From an uncultured Polyangiaceae bacterium (lineage in GTDB: Bacteria; Myxococcota_A; Polyangia; Polyangiales; Polyangiaceae): 15,609 bases of DNA. The notes under the pieces are model-generated. The model was given only the letters and a program-made list of their open reading frames with translations. It was not told where the DNA came from and did no database searches. The stretch is taken from assembly GCA_964236865.1 (NCBI GenBank), contig CAXSGJ010000030.1, positions 36,210-51,818 of the forward strand, read 5' to 3'. A program made the translations under genes and the position numbers. Numbering within the stretch: position 1 is the first letter of the stretch; every line of letters begins with the position of its first letter. Shown here piece by piece: positions 1-7,247 of this stretch.

Positions 1-1000
1 GCTACGATCGCGCTGCGGTCGATCAGCCGCCCCTGCAAAAAGCCGCGCATCGGCCGGTTGCCGCCGAGTGAAACTTGATCCGTGAACGGGATCGTGCCTC
101 GCAACGGGTCGGTAAAGTCTGCGGCCACGCCCAGACCGAGCACGCGCCGCTTCCAAAGGTCTATCCCAACCCCCGCTGCGCCGCCGTAGGCGACCCACGC
201 TCTCCGCTTTGCGTCATTGCTCGAAGGCGCAATGACACTCTCGCCGTGTGCTTCGAGCCGGACGCCGGTGCCGACGTACGGATCTGCCTGGCGTGTATCG
301 ATCGCAACGGATAGCGATTGAAACGCTGCGATGTAGCCCAGCCCGTACCCCGGCGGCGAGGGCACCGTACCGTTGGCGACTGCGTCGGAGAGCGCGGGCT
401 CCGAGCAGCAACCGCCGTCGCCAAAGCTCAGCGTGCGCATCCCGGCGCGAGCAGCGAGCGCGCTCAAATGCCAAAAGTCATTTTCATAACCGAGCGCGAA
501 CTCAGACGTCATCGCTTGGTAGCGGTAACGGGGGTCGCTCGGGCTGCGTGGACCGATGCCGAAGAAGGGCAAGTCTTTGCGCCGCACGAAGCTCGCTTGC
601 TCCGCGATCACTTGCCGCGGAGTCAGCGCGTACTCGTCGCTTTGATGCACCGATATCCAATCCGGGCCCCAGGTGCCAAAATGCAGCTTGAGCGTGTTGG
701 GGTCGGTCAGGAAATACTTCCAAGTCAAGTTGAAGCCGACGCTCGGCTTCAAGCCGAAGTCGAACAGCGCAGATGGAAACAGCGACACGTTCTGGCGTTC
801 ACCGAACGTGAAAAAGTCGACCACCTGCTGCGGCCATTGATTGCGCTCTGCAGCGCGAGTCAGCGCGCCGATCGGCTCACGCACCACGTACTCACTCACG
901 AGCCAGAGCGGGAACAAGATTACGCGTGGCACCCAGAGCAGCGCGGGCCCCACGGTGGGCGGCGGCGGACCGCCGTATTGCTGGGGCTCCCGTTTCGGAG
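1..1000. repeat. Left copy of a diverged direct duplication, paired with 3381..4380.
   Basis: Aligns base for base with 3381..4380 at a constant offset of 3,380 nt. For example, 21..50 gatcagccgcccctgcaaaaagccgcgcat matches 3401..3430 gatcaatcgaccctgcaggtagccgcgcat, and 947..1000 matches 4327..4380. In the stretches I aligned by eye, roughly four of five bases match. Similarity ends where the signal-peptide codons begin. Confidence 0.85.
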
Positions 1001-1124
1001 ACCCAAGTGCCATCGGCGAATACAGAACCCCGATGGCCAACCAAGCGATGGCCAAGAAGGAGGAAAGGAACTGCCGCTGACGACGGAAAAAAACTCTAAA
1101 GATTAAGCCGCGTGTGGGTAACAC
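1..1124 (-). CDS. Omp85/BamA-TamA-family (bacterial surface antigen type) outer-membrane beta-barrel protein, paralog of 3125..4510. The 3' end lies beyond the left edge (partial).
   Basis: Absent from the ORF track because no stop codon falls inside the window. My reverse-strand translation is open from the in-frame TGA at 1127..1125 down to position 1. It reads ..RRQRQFLSSFLAIAWLAIGVLYSPMALG SPKREPQQYGGPPPPTVGPALLWVPRVILFPLWLVSEYVVREPIGALTRAAERNQW.. and ends ..FTDQVSLGGNRPMRGFLQGRLIDRS. This is colinear with the 461-aa ORF at 3125..4510 with no frameshift. The start is uncertain: GTG at 1124 gives a basic n-region plus a hydrophobic signal peptide, but I see no convincing Shine-Dalgarno sequence. 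Confidence 0.72.
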   Translation of the reverse strand, partial: MLPTRGLIFRVFFRRQRQFLSSFLAIAWLAIGVLYSPMALGSPKREPQQYGGPPPPTVGPALLWVPRVILFPLWLVSEYVVREPIGALTRAAERNQWPQQVVDFFTFGERQNVSLFPSALFDFGLKPSVGFNLTWKYFLTDPNTLKLHFGTWGPDWISVHQSDEYALTPRQVIAEQASFVRRKDLPFFGIGPRSPSDPRYRYQAMTSEFALGYENDFWHLSALAARAGMRTLSFGDGGCCSEPALSDAVANGTVPSPPGYGLGYIAAFQSLSVAIDTRQADPYVGTGVRLEAHGESVIAPSSNDAKRRAWVAYGGAAGVGIDLWKRRVLGLGVAADFTDPLRGTIPFTDQVSLGGNRPMRGFLQGRLIDRSAIV

Positions 1125-1383
1125 TCAGTCAGGGGTGCCGGTTCCGGGGAACAGGGTCAAGAATAAACGCAAGTGCACGCGAATTGAGACAGATTGCTAT
1201 CGACCAAATGGCGCGCTTCGCACGGTACCAGCGCAAGGCCCGCGAATGGTTCAGTCGATCACCCTCGGCCGAGCATCCTCGCTGGGCCTCGTCGCTGCTC
1301 AACTACATTCCAACAGGTTGCGTTTTCGTCGCGCCTGCCGGGCCTCGGCCGCGATCATCGACCGGCTTAGCCCTCCGCGAGCC

Positions 1384-3135
1384 CTAGGACTCGGGGCGTT
1401 CGATGCCAACCAGACGCAAACCGCGCGCGGGCCCTAGGTCGTAAAGGTGGACTGCGAGCGGGCCCGGCGCGACGCCATTCGCGATGCGGACGGTCACGTA
1501 GCGCTCCACGGCGTTGTCCGGCACCGACCCGGCAAGCGCGGCTTGCGGCACGTCCAGACATGTGTCGTCCTTTCCGACGAACACCGCCTTGACCGGCAAG
1601 GGATCGGCTTTGCCGCGCGCGATGTCCGCCGCATAGTGAAATGCCTCCCGAGGAAACGTCGCGGTCTTGCGCGCTAGATCCGTGGCGCACAAGCGGCGGC
1701 CCTCGACGTGCACATCAGCCAGCGGAGAGAGCTTGGAAAAATAACGCTTCAAAATGGTGTGCTGCCGGTCACGGAGCACTCGATACAAATATTCTGTGTG
1801 CGCGGGGTTGGTCAGATCGGCGACACCGACCGCCGCGCGCACGTCCTCGGCGGTGAAGCGAGCGATGATGCGGGTCGCCCACGCTGCGTCGCGCTCGGTC
1901 ATACGTGAGAAGGCCGGGTTCGGGTAGAGCCCGCGCCACAGATCCGGGTCGAAGTCGCGCTCGCTGAAGTAGCCAAAGTTGGTGGCGCCTGGGGTGCGGT
2001 ACGCTCGCTCCCAAGGGCGCTCTTGAGTTCCAAACGTGGCGAAGTCTTCTAGAATGTAATTGAAGTCGAGCAAGTAGGAGTGGCCCATTCGACGCGAGAA
2101 GCCGTCCTCGGTCCATTCGCTACCAAAACAGTCGCCGAGGTCGATGTACCAGTGGCGGACGTAGCCCGCGCTCTTCGGATCCTTCGAGTTGGCCGCCATC
2201 CAGGTGGACATGCTGTTTTGCTCACGCGAATCGAAGTGGTTGAGCCACGCCGCCAGCACGCGGGCGCCTCGCAAATCACGCCGATTTTCATGGGCGATGG
2301 TGTCAGACGGGTCATCGTCCCGGCTCCCCTCGTAGGTGAACGGCCCGAGCGCCGCGCCCGGAAGCCAGCGCGACGCCACGGCCCGGTAAAGCTCACCGCG
2401 CCGACCGCCTGCTGACAAGATCTGGCTCAGCAACTTGTCGTCGAATTTCCGGACTGGGCCGACATTGGCTTTGATCGTCAAGCCAGGCTTCAATTTGAGC
2501 ACCGACTTTTTGAAATAGACGACACTATCGCAAGGCGCCCACCACCCGGCAGCATAGTAAAGCCGCGAGGCGACCGCGGCGGCGCTGGTGGTGCGCTCCG
2601 CTTGCGCGTCGTCCGTCTTCAGCATGAACTTCGTGCCGTCGACCTTGATGCGAAAGCCAGGATTGGCGCCGTTGTCCTTGCCGTGGTCGATGAGCCAGCT
2701 CCCGTCGGCCGCTTCGTCGGGTTTCAGCTGGGGCCCTTCGGAGCAATAGCCTGTAGCTACGGCTTCCGCGGACATGGGCTGCGAGCCGATGCGATTCGTG
2801 AACCAGCTCGAGTCCGGGACCTCGTCGAAGGCGTTGACGTTTTCGGCCTCGCCGTAAGAGTCGACCTGAAAAAACTTGGACACGGGGCGAAAGATCACGT
2901 GGTCCGCGGCGTCCCAAGCGAACGAGCTTTCGTAGGGCTCTGGCATGCAGGCAGCCGCCTCTACGCCCGCCTTCGGGGGCGTTTCCGGGCAATCGATCTT
3001 TACAAGATCGAGATCTTGGTCGCGCAGGACCGGCGGACTCAGCGCGAAGCGGCGGGGGTCCTCTGCACACGAGACCAGCCCAGCAGTACACGCGAGCAAG
3101 CGCAGCAGTCTTCGGCGGAGCCGGTCAGATGCCAT
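1384..3135 (-). CDS. Exported lipoprotein of unknown function, 583 aa, with a putative protein-kinase-like (atypical kinase) central domain.
   Basis: 583-aa ORF. The N-terminus MASDRLRRRLLRLLACTAGLVSC has a basic n-region, a hydrophobic core and a lipobox L-V-S-C. The start ATG lies inside the last codons of the upstream barrel gene (11-nt overlap, ATGGCATCTGA). Internal motifs are FRIKVDGTKFMLK..AE, LAAWLNHFDSREQN (HxDxxxxN) and WYIDLGDCFG (DFG-like). It has multiple Cys residues, consistent with an extracytoplasmic location. Confidence 0.85.
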   Translation of the reverse strand: MASDRLRRRLLRLLACTAGLVSCAEDPRRFALSPPVLRDQDLDLVKIDCPETPPKAGVEAAACMPEPYESSFAWDAADHVIFRPVSKFFQVDSYGEAENVNAFDEVPDSSWFTNRIGSQPMSAEAVATGYCSEGPQLKPDEAADGSWLIDHGKDNGANPGFRIKVDGTKFMLKTDDAQAERTTSAAAVASRLYYAAGWWAPCDSVVYFKKSVLKLKPGLTIKANVGPVRKFDDKLLSQILSAGGRRGELYRAVASRWLPGAALGPFTYEGSRDDDPSDTIAHENRRDLRGARVLAAWLNHFDSREQNSMSTWMAANSKDPKSAGYVRHWYIDLGDCFGSEWTEDGFSRRMGHSYLLDFNYILEDFATFGTQERPWERAYRTPGATNFGYFSERDFDPDLWRGLYPNPAFSRMTERDAAWATRIIARFTAEDVRAAVGVADLTNPAHTEYLYRVLRDRQHTILKRYFSKLSPLADVHVEGRRLCATDLARKTATFPREAFHYAADIARGKADPLPVKAVFVGKDDTCLDVPQAALAGSVPDNAVERYVTVRIANGVAPGPLAVHLYDLGPARGLRLVGIERPES

Positions 3136-4510
3136 GGTGTGATCCGATCACGACGCGTAACGCCGAGTAATGAAAACCTTGTTCGAACGGATCGGTGGCG
3201 CCCGCTACCAGGAGCTCCAACCCCGAGTCTGGCGAGCCGTTCGAGCGAATGCCGATCGCCGTGCTGAGGCGCAGCAGGTCGGCAGAAAAACCGTCGAGGT
3301 GCGGACCAAATACGTTGCCGACGTCGGCCTGTACGACGCCATTCAGGTATACCCAGACCGGCCAGACATACTGTGCCGTGGCCACTGCGGAGCTGCGGTC
3401 GATCAATCGACCCTGCAGGTAGCCGCGCATGGGGCGTTCACCGCCCAGCGATACCTGGTCGGTGAAAGGGATCGCGCCTTTGACCGGATCGGTGAAGTCC
3501 ACCGTCACACCTAGACCGAGCACCCGGCGCCGCCACAGGTCGATCGCCACACCTGCCGCACCGCCGTAGCCTACCCAAGCTCGCCGCTTGTCGTTGCTGT
3601 TCGACGGAGCAACGACGCTCTCGCCGTGGGCTTCTACGCGCAGGCCCGTGCCCACGTATGGGATCGCTTGCCGAGTGTCGAGCGCGATTGATAAGGCTTG
3701 AAAAGCCGCGATATAGCCCTGGTGATAGCCGGGAGGGGACGGCACCACACCGTTGGCGACGGCACTCGAGAGGGCAGGGTCCGAACAACAACCGCCGTCA
3801 CCGAAGCTCAGTGTTCGCACGCCCGCGCGCGTCGTTAGGGCGCTCAAGTGCCAAAAGTCATTTTGGTAGCCGAGCGCAAACTCAGACGTCATTGCCTGAT
3901 AACGGTACCGTGGGTCGCTCGGGCTGCGGGGGCCGATGCCGAAAAACGGCAGGTCCTTGCGGCGCACGAAGCTCGCTTGCGTGGCGATGATCTGACGCGG
4001 GGTGAGGGCGTACTCGTCGCTGGCCTTGATCGCGACCCAGTCCGGTCCCCAAGTCCCGAAGTGCACCTTGAGCGTGTTCGGATCCGTGAGAAAATACTTC
4101 CAATTCAAGTTGAATCCGACGCTCGGCTTCAACCCGAAATCGAATAGCGCCGAAGGGTACAGCTCGATGTTCTGCCGTGGCCCGAAGGTGAAGAACTGGA
4201 TCACCGCGTCCACCCATTGATTGCGCTCCGCGGTGCGAGTCAGCGCGCCGATCGGCTCGCGCAGGACGTACTCGCTCACTAACCAAACCGGAAACAGCAC
4301 AACCCGCGGCACGTACATGAGCGAAGGCCCCACGCGCGGCGGTGGTGGCCCGCCATAGTGTTGCCGCTCACGCTTGGGATTGGCGAACGCGCTGCTCGAC
4401 CACAACGTCGCCAGAAGCACGATCAGGCAATGAGCGGCGAACGCTCGGCAGCGAGCGCGCGGGCGCGTCGTGAAGGTCAAGTCGAGCACCGAGAAATCAG
4501 CTTCACGCAT
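3125..4510 (-). CDS. Omp85/BamA-TamA-family outer-membrane beta-barrel protein lacking POTRA repeats.
   Basis: 461-aa ORF with ATG start. The signal peptide ..RAFAAHCLIVLLATLWSSSAFA/NP has an AxA cleavage site. The body shows amphipathic beta-strand patterning throughout. The C-terminal signature SLGGERPMRGYLQGRLIDRSSAVATAQYVWPVWVYLNGVVQADVGNVFG matches the conserved LGGxxxxRGY ... D.G.V block of the bacterial surface antigen (Omp85) barrel. Only about 55 residues separate the signal peptide from the first strands, too few for POTRA domains. Confidence 0.85.
   Translation of the reverse strand: MREADFSVLDLTFTTRPRARCRAFAAHCLIVLLATLWSSSAFANPKRERQHYGGPPPPRVGPSLMYVPRVVLFPVWLVSEYVLREPIGALTRTAERNQWVDAVIQFFTFGPRQNIELYPSALFDFGLKPSVGFNLNWKYFLTDPNTLKVHFGTWGPDWVAIKASDEYALTPRQIIATQASFVRRKDLPFFGIGPRSPSDPRYRYQAMTSEFALGYQNDFWHLSALTTRAGVRTLSFGDGGCCSDPALSSAVANGVVPSPPGYHQGYIAAFQALSIALDTRQAIPYVGTGLRVEAHGESVVAPSNSNDKRRAWVGYGGAAGVAIDLWRRRVLGLGVTVDFTDPVKGAIPFTDQVSLGGERPMRGYLQGRLIDRSSAVATAQYVWPVWVYLNGVVQADVGNVFGPHLDGFSADLLRLSTAIGIRSNGSPDSGLELLVAGATDPFEQGFHYSALRVVIGSHHGI
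3381..4380. repeat. Right copy of a diverged direct duplication, paired with 1..1000.
   Basis: See the left copy. The duplication covers the mature part of the Omp85-like barrel gene but not its signal peptide or upstream region. Confidence 0.85.
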
Positions 4511-4698
4511 GCCCTGTAGCGTGGAACGCCCGAGAACTAAAGCGTCCGGTCTGAGCGTGCGCTTTGTTAGACATCGCAGCCAGGGCGCTTCGTGCGACTG
4601 GCCGGGTCCGCTCGCGACCCTTTTTGTGCCTCGCGCTTGGCTGTTGCGACCGCGCAGTCATGAGCGGCGACGCTCGCCGGCAACGACGGCGTGAATCG

Positions 4699-5697
4699 CT
4701 AACGTCGGCGTCTCGCGCTGAACAGAAACAGGATGGCCGCGGCGCCGCCCACAGCGGCGGCCGTCAGCAGCCCCCGGTGCATTGCCGCTTCGGCCACTAG
4801 GCTCGTGCTCCGAGAACGCGCATCGAACGTGCCGTGGGCGCCAGGGTCGCCGGCCACCGGAGCAAACAGGTTATCCGCCGCGTCCCGAGCGACGGGCTCA
4901 TCGGTCTGCTGGGCGTCATACCCAGTGATGCCCAGGTATCGATCGGTCAACCCCGGCGCGAGCTTCGCGCCTCCCACGATGGCAAGCCAGGTGGGCAAGC
5001 CAACGTACAGCTCACGGCGCTTCGAGCGAGCGGCGTACGCGATGGCGCGCGCTGCCACCTCAGGTTGAAAGATGGGTGGTACCGGCTGGGCTTTACGCGG
5101 TAGGCGGCTCTTGACCCAACTGAATTGCGGCGTGTTCAGCGCCGGCATGTGGACCATCGTGATGCTCACTCGGCTCTTGTCATGGTGGAGCTCGCAGCGG
5201 ATGGAGTCGGTGAAGCCGCGGACGCCGGCCTTTGCGCCACAGTAGGCAGATTGCAGCGGGATGCTGCGATAGGCCAGCGCAGAGCCGACCTGGACGATTT
5301 TCCCTCGGTTCCGCTTGGACATGCGCTTGAGCGCCGCCATGGTTCCGTTGACGACACCCAAGTAGGTGACCGCCGTGACCCGCGCGAACTCCTCGACGGT
5401 CATATCCACGAACGGAGAAAATACCGACGTCATGGCGTTATTGATCCACACGTCGATCGGCCCGAAGGCGCGCTCGGTTTCTTCGGCCGCGTGCTCTACC
5501 GCTCCGGCATCGGCTACGTCGATCGGGAACACCAGTGCTCGGCCACCCGCGGCCTCCACGTCACGCTGGGTGCCGGCGAGCCCCTCGAGGCCGCGCGCAA
5601 TCAGGGCGATGTGCGCGCCTTGACGCGCGAACGCAAGCGCCGCCGCTCGCCCCACGCCCGCGGAAGCGCCGGTGATGACCACTACCTGAGGCATCAC
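4699..5697 (-). CDS. Short-chain dehydrogenase/reductase (SDR) family oxidoreductase with a C-terminal hydrophobic tail anchor.
   Basis: N-terminal Rossmann motif VVVITGASAGVGRAAA (TGxxxGxG), an NNA motif (WINNAM) and the catalytic YCGAKAG (YxxxK). The C-terminal GLLTAAAVGGAAAILFLFSARRRR looks like a single TM anchor. The track start is GTG at 5697. The adjacent ATG at 5694 is equally or more likely and overlaps the GMC stop codon (TGATG). Confidence 0.93.
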   Translation of the reverse strand: MMPQVVVITGASAGVGRAAALAFARQGAHIALIARGLEGLAGTQRDVEAAGGRALVFPIDVADAGAVEHAAEETERAFGPIDVWINNAMTSVFSPFVDMTVEEFARVTAVTYLGVVNGTMAALKRMSKRNRGKIVQVGSALAYRSIPLQSAYCGAKAGVRGFTDSIRCELHHDKSRVSITMVHMPALNTPQFSWVKSRLPRKAQPVPPIFQPEVAARAIAYAARSKRRELYVGLPTWLAIVGGAKLAPGLTDRYLGITGYDAQQTDEPVARDAADNLFAPVAGDPGAHGTFDARSRSTSLVAEAAMHRGLLTAAAVGGAAAILFLFSARRRR

Positions 5698-7247
5698 GCC
5701 CTGTTCAACCGTTCTAACAAGTGGTCACCCACGCGCAATGCATTGGCCATGATGGTGAGCGAAGGATTGATCGCGCCGCTCGAAGGAAAGAAGCTACCAT
5801 CTACCACATACAAGTTGTCCAGATCATGGGCTTTGCACATGACGTCCAGTACGGACGTGCTCGGGTCGACACCGAAGCAGCACGTGCCACACTGGTGTCC
5901 AACCTGGGCCAGCGGGATGGTTTTTTTGAAATACAGAGATTGCGGAAAAAAGAGAGTTTGCCCGTCGGCCGCCTCCAAGCACTCTTTCCAGCGTTTCATC
6001 AGCCGTGTGAAGCCTTCCGTGTACCGCTCTTCGTAGTCTAGAATGATCTGAGCGCCCTCGATGCGCACTCGGTTGTCCTTCAAGGGCATGTCTTCGGCGG
6101 TTAACCACCAGTCGATGGAGTGGTGCGCGCTGGCATCGAGCGCCGGGCCAGGAACGAGGCCGAAGGTGTCGGGGCCCAGCATGTCCCCAAGCACCTTGCC
6201 GAGGAGCTGCGCGTGGCCCATCGGAAAGGAAAAATCTCGTTCGCCCCAATAGAAGTCATTGCTGGCGATGGTCTTTTGAAAGATGGTCGGGTTTAGGGAG
6301 CGCCCAACGGCGACGATACTTCCATTGTGATGCTTCATGAAGTTGCGGCCCACTAGGTCCGAGCTATTGGCCAGACCCTGCGGGTGACGGTCGTTGGCCG
6401 ACCTCAGCAACAGCGCCGCCGAGTTGATCGCCCCGGCGGCAACCACGACGATATCCCCGGTAACGCACTGGGACGGACCTCCGTCCACGCTGAGTTCGAC
6501 GCCGGAAACTTCGCGGCCCGATGCGGAGGTGAGCAAGCGCGTGACATAAGCGCCGGTCCACAGCTCGACGTTTTGGTACTTCAGTGCGGGCCGTACACAG
6601 ATTACCTCCGAGTCTGCCTTGGCGTGCACCAGGCAGGGAAAGCCGTCGCAGGTCCCGCATTTGATGCACGGGCTGTGCGCCATGTCCGCCTCGTTCAGGT
6701 CCACCCCGAGCGGGATTGAAAACGGATGCAGGCCTTGGGCTAGGAGCGCGTGGCGGAGCTCGGCGATCCGCGGCTCGTCGCGCACGGCCGGAAACGGGTA
6801 GGGCGCACTGCGCTCGGCGTCTGTCGGATCTTCACCCGCTGCGCCGTGCACACGATACAGAGCCTCTGCCTCCTGGTAGTGAGGCTCCAGGTCTGCGTAT
6901 GTAATTGGCCAAGCCGGAGACCGTCCGCCCCCCGCGTGGATCACCTCTCCGAAATCCGCCTGGCGTAGTCGAAACAGTGCGGCGCCGTAGACCTTGGTAT
7001 TGCCGCCCACCCAATAGCCAGTGCCGGGATGAACGTCCTTCCCGTCCTTGTCACGCCACACGTCCTTGGTGTGATAGCGGTTGTCTTCAAACACCGCGCT
7101 CGCGCTCCAGTTCTCCTTCTCGCGCGGCAGGTACCCTCCGCGCTCCAGCACCAGAATGCGCTTGCCCGAGGGCGCAAGCTTGGAAAGCAGCGTGCCGCCC
7201 CCCGCGCCGGTGCCGATGATGATCACGTCGAAGTGGTTCGTCGTCAT
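5694..7247 (-). CDS. GMC-family FAD-dependent oxidoreductase.
   Basis: N-terminal FDVIIIGTGAGGGTL..LVLERG (GxGxxG FAD fold). C-terminal GMC signature VGHQCGTCCFG....LYVVDGSFFPSSGAINPSLTIMANALR. There is also an internal Cys-rich CIKCGTCDGFPC block. The ATG at 7247 overlaps the upstream stop codon (ATGA). Confidence 0.95.
   Translation of the reverse strand: MTTNHFDVIIIGTGAGGGTLLSKLAPSGKRILVLERGGYLPREKENWSASAVFEDNRYHTKDVWRDKDGKDVHPGTGYWVGGNTKVYGAALFRLRQADFGEVIHAGGGRSPAWPITYADLEPHYQEAEALYRVHGAAGEDPTDAERSAPYPFPAVRDEPRIAELRHALLAQGLHPFSIPLGVDLNEADMAHSPCIKCGTCDGFPCLVHAKADSEVICVRPALKYQNVELWTGAYVTRLLTSASGREVSGVELSVDGGPSQCVTGDIVVVAAGAINSAALLLRSANDRHPQGLANSSDLVGRNFMKHHNGSIVAVGRSLNPTIFQKTIASNDFYWGERDFSFPMGHAQLLGKVLGDMLGPDTFGLVPGPALDASAHHSIDWWLTAEDMPLKDNRVRIEGAQIILDYEERYTEGFTRLMKRWKECLEAADGQTLFFPQSLYFKKTIPLAQVGHQCGTCCFGVDPSTSVLDVMCKAHDLDNLYVVDGSFFPSSGAINPSLTIMANALRVGDHLLERLNRA

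Noticed and set aside
318-1106. A 262-aa plus-strand ORF, the longest listed ORF in the first kilobase.
   Set aside because: It lies antisense to the well-supported Omp85-like paralog. Its translation is Arg/Ala-rich with no recognisable motifs, and a similar shadow ORF (3848..4147) sits opposite the right-hand barrel copy. This is typical antisense open frame in high-GC DNA.
1128-1180. A possible sigma-54-type promoter (GGCAC-containing stretch CCGGCACCCCTGAC on the minus strand) upstream of the left barrel copy.
   Set aside because: The GG/GC elements are not at the canonical TGGCAC-N5-TTGC spacing, and the downstream half-site is absent. The resemblance is superficial.
1208-1387. A small plus-strand ORF (MARFARYQRKAREWF..., about 59 aa) in the 260-bp spacer between the lipoprotein gene and the left barrel copy.
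   Set aside because: It has no ribosome-binding site or recognisable motif. Its third-position GC is not clearly better than background. It converges into the lipoprotein stop codon. The evidence is insufficient to call a gene, and the spacer more likely holds the promoter or leader of the left barrel gene.
5125-6036. A 303-aa plus-strand ORF spanning the SDR/GMC junction. Similar long antisense ORFs occur at 7448..8182, 2602..3267 and 11983..12552.
   Set aside because: Each lies opposite or overlaps, in another frame, a gene with clear family signatures. Each has Arg/Pro/Ala-rich low-information translations and no motifs. They are shadow ORFs of GC-rich coding sequence.
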